Source: Mobula hypostoma
Taxonomy: Eukaryota
NCBI RefSeq assembly: GCF_963921235.1
Contig: NC_086099.1
Span: forward strand, 155,806,001-155,870,000
Direction of reading: 5' to 3'
DNA length: 64,000 nucleotides
Positions 37,698-48,827 of the stretch are shown here, piece by piece (within the stretch, counting starts at the first letter, position 1; the number at the start of each line of letters is the position of its first letter). The translations under genes and the position numbers were made by a program. Below the pieces are notes generated by a model. The model was given only the letters and a program-made list of their open reading frames with translations. It made no database searches and was not told the DNA's origin.

Positions 37698-37699
37698 TA

Positions 37700-38270
37700 G
37701 TAAGCCATGATACATCAGGATCGGATGCTTTCTATGGTGATCTACAGAAATTGGTGAGAGTCTAGAAGAGCCAGCCTCCCAAGGAGGTAGAAATGCTGCT
37801 GTGCTTTCTTGGCCATGGTTGGACCACAATAGACTATGACTAATGATGTTTACATATAACGCTCAATCTCTCATCACTACTGATGCAAACAGATGTGTAT
37901 GCACTGAACCCCTTCCTTAAGTCTATGACCAGTTCTTTTGTTTTGCTGACATTAATGGAAAGGTTATTGTCATGTCACTAAGTTCTCCATGCCCTTCCGT
38001 ATTATGTCTCATTATTTGAGATGGAACCCACTAGCGTCATCTGCAAACTTGTAGATGGTGTTAAGAGCAAAATCTGGGCTCCCAGTGGGCATGTATAGGG
38101 AGTATTCTTGACAATACAGCCTTGTGGAGAACCATTGTAGAAGATAATTGCGGCCGAGATGTTACTGTCTAATCTTAGTCAGAGGCCAGGAAGTCAAGGA
38201 TACAGTTGCAAACAAGGAGTTGATTTCTGGACCTGGAGCCAAGAGCAGTCTCATATAATGCCCTTATTAT
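37700..38270 (-). mobile_element. Degenerate Rex1/Babar-like RT fragment
   Basis: Minus strand has KFADD-like (TCATCTGCAAACTT on +), TKELVIDLRK-like and SILMY-like segments. Confidence 0.5.
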
Positions 38271-39312
38271 TCATATACTCAAGGGCAAGGAAAATTGCAT
38301 TCGTCATAGACCAATTTCAGGAGTATGCAAATAGCATTGTATAAGAGCTGCCTGGGAAACTGCAGTTAGTGTGTGCTGTGGCTATACAGGTAAGATACAT
38401 TAATATGGTTTCTCAATCTGCGTGTGCTGCAACTAAAACTACAAAAAAGGTCCCTAATTGTACTCTGATATCCAAGGCCTCAACAATCTCTTAACAATCT
38501 GGGATAGATGCCATCAGGCTCTGAGGACTCATCCATCCTGTTCTTCAAAAGCCCCAATATCCCCTCCTTTGCCATGTCACATGCCCTCAAAAACCCTTCC
38601 CAATCTCACTATCCTCCACGACAACCTCCTCAGTGAATACCAGAGTATTGCTTTAGTACCTTGCCCATTTCTTCTGTCTCTAAGCATACATTTCTTGTCC
38701 TTGAGTGGTCTTTCCCTCTCCCGAGATATCCTTGCTTTTAATGTATAAAATACCTTGACTCACTAAGGGCACTTTTGGTCCCATTTAGCCCTCCGGATTC
38801 CATTTAAATTCTCTCCTGCTGCCTTCATGTTCCTCAAAAGCCCTGCCCAATATCAGTTTCCTAAACTTCATATACTTCCTTTTTGCTTTTTGACTAATTT
38901 GCAATGTCTCTCATCAACCATGGTTCCCAACCCTTGTCATTGTATCTATTCCTCATAGGAACATACTGACAAGCTGTCCTTTAAATAACTCATAATCTAT
39001 GTAATGCCATTCTACTATGCAAAATTGCATCAGGTGGGTATTTGTCAAGAAATGAGAGTTGAAAAACAAAGTATTACTAAGTCACATAAATTTCGCTAAG
39101 AGCAAATTCTCAGATTCTTTGGTAGTGATTTTCTGAATTGCATAAGGACAAATTTCCATAAAGTTGAATGTCTTTCCCAACTGCAATAACACAGGGATAA
39201 GCAGTACAGTTAAGTATTCTGATCACCACCAAAACTGATGTTGGTGCTGTTTCTGGTTAACTAAACTTTTAACTGCAACCAGAGCTGAAGAGGGTGCATT
39301 TCTGGATAATGT

Positions 39313-39318
39313 TTTATT
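39313..39318 (-). terminator. FIGNL1: Candidate FIGNL1 polyadenylation signal AATAAA
   Basis: TTTATT on the + strand at the end of the AT-rich unique sequence downstream of the stop. Further AATAAA copies occur near 39596, 40035 and 40076. Confidence 0.4.
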
Positions 39319-40131
39319 TAGCAAAATTTTACAAATTAATAAATCAATAATAGCTGGAGCATATGTAATGTGGACATTTTAAAACCATGTATTTGCAGCA
39401 CAGAGTTGTGCAGCATTTCTAAAATTGAAAATTAGTTGCATAAATCAGAGCCATATCCCAAAAAGAGTGAATGGGTGATAACAAAATATCATATTTATAA
39501 ATCAAAGCACACGTTACATATAGCAATTACACGGCTGAGTAACCATTTTTTGGCACAAAAGAAAAATGGTGTCCTATTGCCTTGGCTTTGAATTGTTTAT
39601 TTCTGACTACCAATTAGAAAAGATATCAATACAGTTATTTCAAATCCTCCAGCATTTTTGTAAATTCTTCCCTCTTGAAATACAAACGAACCACCAAACT
39701 GTCAAAAGTTTTCAAATGGGTGATCGTATTGAATTGAAATTAGTGCCCATTTGGATAATTGCAATGGAATATTTAGTCAAAACGTAGAGCAGAAAGCTGG
39801 GCCTGCAATTGAACTGTTTAACCACTGCACATACATCAATATATTCACTATATTTCCTCATAGTTATAAGATTACAATGCATACTGTACAGAGGTACCAT
39901 CTTATGCAAAATTTACCAAAGAGTAAAAGGATTCCATAGTTTGAATTATAGTACACTAATCGTTTGGAACAAAGCAATTTAAACAGTTTTGAATATAATA
40001 GCTTACTCAAAGTATCTAATTTGTAAAAGTCAACTTTATTGGATATGCATAAGGAAATAAATATCAACAAAAGAATTTATTTAATAAACTTCAAAGAAAC
40101 ACTCCTACAGCCCTAAACAGTTTTGCAATAA

Positions 40132-42282
40132 TCATCGGCCACAACCAAAAGTTTTATTCCATTCTTCATATAGCTCCAGGTCTTTCGCAGAGACACTGGG
40201 CCGAACATTTACAAAAGCATTTTTAAAATCTATGAATGTAATAGGCCGAACTTGTTCTCGTGTGATAGTAGAGATGTCTGCGATATGAATGCTACGAATT
40301 GGCCCCAAGGCTGCCTCACGACAAAGTTGAGCCATGTCAGCTCCTGAAAACCCCTCAGACTGTTCAATGATTAGCTCCAATTCCTCTTGGCTCAGGGAGC
40401 AGTTTTCACAAGACATCAGGTTCACTACTATATGCCTCCTTGCTGAACTTTCAGGCAGAGGGATGTACAGTCTTTTGACCAAACGTCTACGAGCTGCCTC
40501 ATCAATTTCTTGAGGGCGATTTGTGGCTCCCACCACAAGAATACGATCATCTGCTGAAGTAGCAGCACCATCCAATTGCACCAAAAACTCAGTTTTTATT
40601 CGACGAGAAGAATCATGCTCCCCATCAACACGTTGTGATAAAAGAGAGTCAATCTCATCAATGAAGATAACTGCAGGCTGGTGGCAGCGTGCTACAGCAA
40701 ACATTGCACGTACCATTTTTTCACCCTCTCCAACCCACTTAGAAGTCAATGATGAAGCACTAATACTAAAGAAAGTAGCTCCTGACTGACAAGCAATGCA
40801 CTTACCAATTAGAGTTTTACCTGTTCCAGGGGGGCCAAATAAAAGGATTCCCTTGGGTGGACCACGGAGTCCTGTGAAGATATCTGGTCTAAGCATTGGC
40901 CAAACAACTATCTCCTTAATTGTTGCTTTAGCAAAATCCAACCCAGCTATATCATCCCAGTTCACTGGGGGACCATGGTCCATGATCTCACTCATAATTA
41001 ATTGAATCATCTTTGGCTCAAGGTTCTTCAAACGCTCATCCACTGGTTGGGAAGGTTCAAAAGAACTGTTTCCATGAGGCAAAGACATTCCACCACTTTC
41101 ATCACTGTTATCCTGTTTTGAAACTGGAGAAACAAACTTGCCAAACAAACCACGAGACCTGACCGTGCCCAGTGATTTCTTTAAGTTATTGTTTGTTGTT
41201 GCTGTTGTTAAAGGCAGCCGTTGAGGTGGATTGCCGCATTTTTTCAATTGTTCAACATGCAGTTGCTCTTTAGCAGTTTTAAAAGTAACCATGCATCTCT
41301 CATCAGTGGCACATGCATCACTTCTCATGCTCTTGGTCATGCTGTCAAAACTTTTTTGATTAATATTGGTCCAACTTTGATTTTGAAAATGTCCGTATGA
41401 CATGTAATTATACAAATCATTGCCTCCACCGCTGGATAAAGAGGAAGACTTCCTTTTTGATATAGTACTAGAAGGTACAGGGGGCAATTTGTTATCAAGA
41501 GTCAAACATTGTTCAGAAACAGTGCCTCTCTGACTTGCCAGAGGTCCAGAACAATTTGTCACTTTGCTTAGTTTCAGCAGGGGACTATTATGGATACTTC
41601 TACAAGATGCTAATATGGAAGTGCTTGAGGAACCTAAAGCATTCATCTCATCATTCCCTGGATTAGTAATCAATGGATTTTGCACCTTTTTCATTCCTGC
41701 AAAGGCAGTAATTGTGGATGAGGTATTTGGAAAATTATTTCCAACTACGTTTCGTGAAGGCATTTCAGCAGGCAAAATAAAAATTTTAGATACCGAAGAT
41801 TCTGTATCAGTGGAAGATATAGGTTCCATTTTATGATGGTCTGAACTTGATTTGTGATTAATTTTCCCAACCACAGTTGAAACATCAGCTGCTGATATTA
41901 GCAGATCCTTCGCTTTATTGCCGGACTTAAACATCTCCTGAACACATCTTAATTTGCAAACGTTGTCTATCGTCAAAGACGACTGCCACCGGCTACTTTC
42001 ATTTCTCTGACACTTTGATAAACTCAGAGCACTGTCAGCATAATTATTCAACCCAATTTCTGCATTGTCTGAATCAATAATGGCTGCATACTTTTCAGTA
42101 CATCTCCTAAATATGCTAGCAGTACACTGTTCAGAGATGTCAGCATTTGCCCATGCATATTGCAACTGCATTAGATGCCCACGATAAGCATCTGCCTTCT
42201 GTCCAGGGGAGCAATCATTGGATATTATATTGAAGTAATGCTTCTGCCATTCACTGAGGTGCAGTGCATCATGAGACTGCAT
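40132..42282 (-). CDS. FIGNL1: Fidgetin-like protein 1 (AAA+ ATPase, RAD51 remodeller), 716 aa, single coding exon
   Basis: N-terminus MQ..HLSEWQKHYF..KADAYR..QYAWAN; RAD51-binding FKTAKEQL; Walker A GPPGTGKT; Walker B IFIDEID; SRH ATNRPQEIDEAARRR; C-terminus YEEWNKTFGCGR. A splice acceptor (TTTTCTTCTGTGCAG) ends at 42293, 10 nt before the ATG at 42282, so the ORF-track start at 42354 is intronic. Confidence 0.97.
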   Translation of the reverse strand: MQSHDALHLSEWQKHYFNIISNDCSPGQKADAYRGHLMQLQYAWANADISEQCTASIFRRCTEKYAAIIDSDNAEIGLNNYADSALSLSKCQRNESSRWQSSLTIDNVCKLRCVQEMFKSGNKAKDLLISAADVSTVVGKINHKSSSDHHKMEPISSTDTESSVSKIFILPAEMPSRNVVGNNFPNTSSTITAFAGMKKVQNPLITNPGNDEMNALGSSSTSILASCRSIHNSPLLKLSKVTNCSGPLASQRGTVSEQCLTLDNKLPPVPSSTISKRKSSSLSSGGGNDLYNYMSYGHFQNQSWTNINQKSFDSMTKSMRSDACATDERCMVTFKTAKEQLHVEQLKKCGNPPQRLPLTTATTNNNLKKSLGTVRSRGLFGKFVSPVSKQDNSDESGGMSLPHGNSSFEPSQPVDERLKNLEPKMIQLIMSEIMDHGPPVNWDDIAGLDFAKATIKEIVVWPMLRPDIFTGLRGPPKGILLFGPPGTGKTLIGKCIACQSGATFFSISASSLTSKWVGEGEKMVRAMFAVARCHQPAVIFIDEIDSLLSQRVDGEHDSSRRIKTEFLVQLDGAATSADDRILVVGATNRPQEIDEAARRRLVKRLYIPLPESSARRHIVVNLMSCENCSLSQEELELIIEQSEGFSGADMAQLCREAALGPIRSIHIADISTITREQVRPITFIDFKNAFVNVRPSVSAKDLELYEEWNKTFGCGR

Positions 42283-42599
42283 CTTACTAAACCTGCACAG
42301 AAGAAAACAAAAATTAGCATTTCTAGAATTACAAAAACCGTAACTTTGATTCACAACATCATTCTCTCAAGATTTTTTACCCTGCATAAAAATAACTGCC
42401 TAAACCAACAGAGCTGCCTTTCAAACTTGCTTTAGAGATCACTTTGACCAGTTGACAACTTTAGATCATAAGTGGATCTATACCCAATATGAAGGAGCAC
42501 TGCTATTAAAAAGGCCTTATAACCTTTAAATGAAACCGGTTACACAAGTACTATAAAGTCCTGCCGTCCTTTCACAATCGAGAACCACTATTGCATCCT

Positions 42600-43262
42600 C
42601 ACGTCACTGCCCACTGCTCTCCCTCTTTTTCCCTCTCTCAACCCCTTCCTGGTTTCACTTTCTGACTCTATCAATCCCATGTATAACACTGTTTCTACCC
42701 ACCCCTTATTCTCCTACCCATCTTCTCTTGCCAATTCCCTTCTCTAATCTCAGCCTCTCCACTCCTAGTCTTCCCTGTTCCTCCCAACTTTATTCCTCAC
42801 TCCTTCTGACCATTACATCTCTCCTTCTGACCCTTCTTCAACTCCTCCCATATTCACCATACCTCCCACTTTCTCTATTTTCACACCCTCCTTTCCGTTT
42901 AAGCCTTTCCCTACCCCATTCTCCCACATTGCATCTCCCCACTCACCCCTCCCTCCACTCTGCATTGCCTCTCCCTTCTTGCCACTCTCTGCCCTTCTCC
43001 CCTTCACCTAGCACCACTCTCTCCTTTCCTTATCCCCTCCCTCCTTTCCTCCCCCACGTCCCCCTCTTCCAATCCTCTCCTTCCTTCCCACCCACCATGC
43101 TCCCACCTCATCCCCTCCATGCCACCCATTCCCAGTGCCCTTTGAAGCTTTCTCCTCTCCTCATTTTGATGTTCCCCTCTCCCCTTCGGTGCCCCCTCCT
43201 TCACGTTCCCTTCACATTCTCTTCCTCCTGCCCTCTCCTCATTCATTCATTCATTCATTTAC
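42600..43262. repeat. Pyrimidine-rich low-complexity tract (purine/G-rich on the FIGNL1 sense strand) in FIGNL1 intron 1, ending in (CATT)n
   Basis: About 650 bp dominated by C and T on the + strand. Confidence 0.85.
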
Positions 43263-43274
43263 CTTCCCACTTAC

Positions 43275-43545
43275 CGACGCTGCCTCCCTCACCCTCAGCT
43301 CTGCAGCCGCCCGAGCCCGCCCTCCAAAAGGCGCGCCACTAACAACGGTCGCTCTCCGAGAGGCAAGATGGTCGTGTCGGAGTCCCGTGATCGCGCGCCA
43401 CCCGGCGGGCGGCGGGCGGCGGGCGGCGGGAGGCGGGAAGGACAGGCGAGCCAGCGGACGATCAAGCTGCGAATGCAGTGAGCAATCCGCCGACATTTCC
43501 AATCTCTAACTCCCGAGAGACTAAGATATGTTACCAATGACGTTA
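43275..43545 (-). promoter_or_regulatory. FIGNL1: CpG island: FIGNL1 promoter and 5' non-coding exon 1
   Basis: The most CpG-dense non-TE stretch in the window. Donor TCG|GTAAGT on the minus strand (intron begins at 43274). Tandem GGGCGG boxes at about 43407-43430, E2F-like GGCGCGCC and GGCGGGAA, CCAAT at 43499 and 43534, TGACGT at 43538. Confidence 0.85.
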
Positions 43546-43929
43546 CTGTATGCACAAAAGAACATCAAAAGGAAAGTGAAATATAAAAATACAGAAAATA
43601 CTATTTAAGTGTTTGCTGAAGAAGAAATTATTAAAAGGTAGGTATGATATTGATAAATTAAAGCAGGAGATTGACCATTCAAAATATTTATACTAATGTT
43701 TTCACTGAACCGCACTGGATGCGAATAATGGTCTATACCAGCATTCCGTTACTGGATTTATACATTATTATGTTAAAAGTGTTAGAAAATGTCCTGGTTG
43801 TGAAATGTTTATACGCACAGACCATTAAGGATTGCATTCTCTGAGTGAACTGAATAAACTGAAAACACCTTCCTACCTGAATGTCCCATGAACTCAAACT
43901 CCCTCCACACTATTCCTTGAGCCACACAT

Positions 43930-44830
43930 TTACCTATCTGAACTTGTTGACCTGTGCCAATTTGTATGTGGCTGAGGTAACAACTCAGGGAAAATTACCT
44001 TGTTGATTCTGCATTTTAATTTAGACCCACAACTGTTCAAATTCGCTCAGCAGAATCTCTTTCCTTGTTCTTCCTACATTGTTCTTACATGGATCATAAC
44101 AATTGGGTTTTTCCCTTCCCACTACAAATTCTTTTTGCAGATTAGGCGAGATGTCCTAAACCCTGGCACCATGCAGACAACACAGCCTTCAAGCCTCTTG
44201 ATCCTTGCAAAAGATAACATGTCTATTCTCCTAACTATACCATCTCCAACTATAACTACATTTCTCTCCTTTCTCCCTCTTCCCCCCTTGAATGGCTCTC
44301 TGAACCACAGTGTCACAGTTCAGTTGTTCATCCTTCCTCTAGCCCCACACTCATCCTCACAGACAGCAACAATCTCAGACCTTTGAGCAAAATCAAAGGC
44401 TGAGGCTCCTCCAGCACTACCACTTGGATTCCCTTACCTGCCCCACTCACAGTCAAACATCGTCCCGGGCCACAGACCGCACATGAAGTAGTTAATCTAA
44501 TGGGTATGACTGCCTTCTGAAACACAGTGCCCAGATAACTCTCTCCCTCCCTAATGTATTGCAGTGAAAAAAGCTCAGATTCCAGGTCATCTACGTTGAG
44601 CCTGAGTTCCCCTAGCAACCAACACTTACTGCAGCTGTGATCTCCAGGAACCACTATGGAGTCCACCAGCTTCCACATTATGCAGCTACAATACATCACC
44701 TTATCATGCATCTAATTGGTTTAACTTTTTGTAACTTGCTATCTTTTTAGTTAACTACTATTAAAAAAACTTACCTGTTTTTACCTCCTCTCACCATTGC
44801 CTCCTTGCTGAGGCCTCTCATCTTAGACTT
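43930..44830 (-). mobile_element. CR1 5' region (ORF1: zinc-finger/coiled-coil and SGNH esterase-like), degenerate
   Basis: CSCIMWKLVD..CSKCWLLGELRLNVDDLESEL; NVVIVGDGIVRRID..VVCMVPG. Confidence 0.8.
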
Positions 44831-44869
44831 ATCCACTCACACAGAATGGTTGGTCCAAAATAGTTGACA

Positions 44870-46440
44870 CAATCATGGCTAACAAGAAAAGCCAAAGAGA
44901 GGACATATATAAATGAGCAAAAATTAGTGGGAAGTTAGAGGATTTGGAAGCTTTTAAAAACCAACAGCAACTAAAAAGTCATGAAGAAGGTAAAGATGGA
45001 ATGTGAATGTAAGCTAGTCAACAATATTAAAGGGGATACCAAAAGTTTCTTCAGACACATAAAGTGTAAAAGAGAGGCAAAAGTGGATATCAGACTGCTA
45101 AAAATTGATGCAGTTTTCATTGTGGAAGGCTCTAGCAGTATGGTGGAAGTTCCAGATGTCAGGGGTCATGAAGTGAGTGAAGCTACCATTACTAGGGAGG
45201 AGGTTCTTGGGAAACTGAAAGGTCTGAAGAAAGATAAGTCACCTGGACTGGATGGTGTACACCTCAGGGTTCTGAAAGGGGACGCTAAAAAGATTGTGGG
45301 GTTATTAGTAATGACCTTTTGAGAATCACCAGAATCGAGAATGGTTCCTGAAGACTGGAAAATTGCAAATATCCATCCACTCTTCAAGAAGGGAGAGAGG
45401 CAGAAGAAAGGAAACTATAGGTCAGTGGCTGGGAAGATGTTGGAGTCGATTATTAAGGATGGGGTCTCAGGGTACTAGGAGACACATTGTAAAATAGACC
45501 ACAGTCAACATGGTTAAGGGAAAATCTTGCCTGACAAATCTGTTGGAATTCTTTGAAGAAATAACAAGCAGGATAGACGAAAAAGAATTGGTTGATGTTG
45601 TGTGTTTGGATTTTCAGAAGGCTTTTGACAAGGTGCCACATATGAGGCTGCTTAACAAGCTAAGAGCCCATGGTATTACAGGAATGATTCTAGCTTGGAT
45701 AAAGCATTGGCTGATTGCCAGATGGCAAAGAGTGGGAATAAAGGGCAGTATTTCTGGTTGGTAGTCGATGACTAGTGATGACACATATGGCAGTGATTTG
45801 GATGATGGAATTGACAGCTTTGTTCCAAAAGTTGCAGATCATATGAAGGTAAGTGGAGGGACAGGTAGTTTTGAAGAAGTAGAGAGGCTACAGAAGGACC
45901 TAGACAGATAGGAAAATAGGCAAAGAAATGGCAGATGGAATCCAGTGTTGGGAAGTGAATGGTTATGCACTTTGGTAGAAGAAATGAAAAGGTTAACTAT
46001 TTTGTAAATGGAGAGAAAATACAAAAAACAGATGCCAAAGGACTTGGAAGTCCTTGTGCAGGATTCCCTAAAGGTTAATTTGAAGGTTAAGTCTGTGGTG
46101 AGGAAGGCAATTGCAACATTAGCATTAATTTCAAGAAGACTAGAATATGAAAGCAAGGATGTAATGTTAAGACTTTATAAAGCACTGGTACTCCCTTATT
46201 TGGAGTATTGTGAGCAGTTTTGGCCTCTTTATCTTAGAAAGTAGGTTCACAAAAATGATTCTAGGATTGAATGCTTTTTCTGTAAGAAGAACATTTGTTG
46301 GCTCTGGACCTGCATTCAATGAAATTCAGAGGAATGAGGGGTTACCTCATTGAAACCTATTAAATGATGTAAGGGTGGATATGGAGAGGATGTTTCCTAT
46401 AACAGGAGAGTCTATGACCAGAGGATACAGCTTCAGAATG
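44870..46440 (+). mobile_element. Degenerate CR1 ORF2 fragment
   Basis: KSPGLDGVHLRVLK, GKSCLTNLLEFFEE, LDFQKAFDKVPH, LYKALVLPYLEYCEQFW. Confidence 0.9.
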
Positions 46441-46445
46441 GGGGG

Positions 46446-46778
46446 AAAGTATCCCCCCACCCCCGGAAGTTTTCATGTTTTATTGTTTTACAACATGGAT
46501 TTAATTTGGCTTTTTTTTGTACACTGATCAACAGAAAAAGACTCTTTCATTGGAAAGTGAAACCAGATCTCTACAGAGTGATCTAAATGAATTACAAATA
46601 TAAAACACAAAATAATTGATTGCATAAGTGTTCATCCCCTTTTATCAGACACACCAAATCATCACTGATGCAGCCAATTAGTTTTACAAGTCACATAATT
46701 AGTTAAATGGAGATCACCTGTGTGCAGTCAAGGTGTTTGAATTGATTGTAAAATAAAGATACATGTATGGCGAAGGTC
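46446..46778 (+). mobile_element. Left arm of a Tc1-like element with long (IR/DR-type) terminal repeats
   Basis: AAAGTATCCCCCC..GAAGTTTTCATGTTTTATT..GGATTTAATTTGGCTTTTTT..ACACTGATCAACAGAAAAAGACTCT is the reverse complement of 55631-55769. Inner repeat ATAAGTGTTCATCCCCTT near 46624. Confidence 0.75.
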
Positions 46779-48167
46779 TACCTAGACACTGTGCAGTCCA
46801 AAGCACTTAAACTCTGTTGTGGAGCTTTTAGAACAATATCTGTCCCTACATTATGTGTGGAGATGGGAGAAATGCCTCTACATTCAAGATGAGTTCAGTT
46901 GTGCCTGCAGTATTGGGCAAAACTAAATGACTTCAATCAGAGCTGTCCATCAAAATGTCTTTTACAGGGTAAGTTGGAGCACCAAAGTAAAATTAAAAGA
47001 TATTCATTTTTAGATTTGGTTAATAATTGGGCTGTGAAATTGAAACTGATTGAGGAAGGCATAGCTGACCAAATTTGCTTGCCACCCGTTCCTTTTTGGC
47101 TTTTACCAGAACCAGAAGTAGACCTATTCCTCCTTTTTTAGCTTCAAGGAAGCAGAGCAATTTCAACAGTGTTGATCATAAATGAATATTTAAATAATAA
47201 ATGGGGATCTTATCTGAATATTTTTACTGATGACAGAATGGACCCAGAGAGCAGTAAGGCGGGATTTGGGATATACATGTCTCAACTTGGAGTTAAGATT
47301 GGTCACTGGGTTTCAGGTGATGTTTCTGTCTTTGCAACAGAATTATTAGCAATCCTCTGGGCCTTATGGTGGATAGAAGACTCTTGACCATCCAGGGTTA
47401 TCATCTGTTCAGATTCTGTTGCTGCCTTAGAGGCTACAAAAGAGAATAAATCAAAAGGTCATCCTGACATAGTTATTGAGATTCTCTTAGTTATGTTTAG
47501 AGTAGGGATGGTGGGTTGTGAAGTCAGATTTACATGGATACCTGGGCATTTTGGGTGGAGGGAAATGAAATTGTGGATGGCATTGCAAAGTCTTCTTTAG
47601 AGAGCAGGCAAGTAGAAATTAGAGTGCCCCTAGGCAGAGCAGAGTTGAGTAGTAGGATAAAAGTATAGAGAAGAAGTGGCAGGAGAATTGGAAAAATGAA
47701 TTAAAGGGAAGGTATTTCTTTTCTAGTCACCCACTAGTTAAAAAGGTCTCAGACTGTTATTCTTTAAATCGTAGAGATATGGTGAAATAACAAGACTTAG
47801 GTTGGGGCATTGTGGGCTAAATTATTATTTAAAGGTAATAGGAAAATATCCTACTGGATTATGTGACTGTGGTAGTCCAGAGACAGTTCAGCATGTTTTG
47901 CTGAGTTGTAATCGATATAAAATTGAAAGAAGCATATTGTTCAAGAGGCTGTCTGACATAAATGTATTTTGTTTTTCTATTAAATCCTTGTTTGGCCACC
48001 AAGAGAACCACCATCTGATTGAAGAGTTTACTATTGGGTTTGTATGTGCGACTAGTTTATATTCGAGAATTTAAGTTTTTTGAAATTCTATAATTAATTA
48101 TACATCCTGCGGAGTGCAGTATTATGCCTAGATGCATCTAAACTGCCGGAAATAGAAGAAGAAGAAG
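46779..48167 (+). mobile_element. I-group (Nimb-like) LINE, 3' part with RNase H and C-terminal zinc finger
   Basis: LDTVQSKALKLCCGAFRT..VEMGEMPL; IFTDD..AGFGIY..SVFATELLAILWAL (RNase H); TRLRLGHCGLN..CDCGSPETVQHVLLSC; (GAA)n tail at 48155-48167. Confidence 0.85.
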
Positions 48168-48827
48168 GAGGTCCAACTGGCATGTTGCTTGGCTCATTGG
48201 ACTTCAGGGAGGAGTGGTGGTTGGTGGCACTGGCTGTGAATGGCGTGGGGATGTTAGGAAATAGTGTAGGTTCAGGTAGGGGGAAGGATCTGGAAAAGGA
48301 ACTGCAAATGGAGGGCTTGGGTGTGGGTGGGTTGGTGGGAGGAGGTTGGAATGAAGTTGAATCCAGATCTGGAAAATAGAAAAAGGTATATAATATTGGA
48401 ATGATTTCAAGTGATGGAGAGGAAGGGCTGGATATTTTGGGGAAAAAAAAGAAAGGCTTCAAGGTATTGTTTAAATTTGGCCTGGAACAGCCTTCTTCCA
48501 TCAATCCCAATAAATTAATTACAGAGTTAGTTAGCTATAGAAAATATAGATTCTTTGCGTGCAAGAGGAGGGAAGGTGTTATTTGTTTGTAAGGATAAAA
48601 AGCAGTGTGAGAATGCATTATGATCAAAGGCTTTACTTGGCAAAAAGATAGTATCTATGTTGCCATAACGGGTGTTCCAGTGGAAATTTCAATAGAAGAG
48701 GTTAAATCCCATTTATTGGGAGGTAAGCTTAAGGAGGTAAAGCGATTGCAAGTAGTCAGAAGTGGGGAAAGGATCGATAGTTTATCTGTTTTGATGAAGT
48801 GAAGCTCCCTGATCAAGTTAGTTTGGG

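Noticed and set aside
42283-42354. N-terminal 24-aa extension of FIGNL1 in the ORF track
   Set aside because: It spans a branch point, polypyrimidine tract and AG acceptor ending at 42293; homology to known FIGNL1 starts at the ATG at 42282.
42728-43555. Pro/Leu/Ser-rich and Arg/Ala-rich ORFs
   Set aside because: By-products of a pyrimidine tract and a CpG island that are depleted of stop codons; no recognisable domain.
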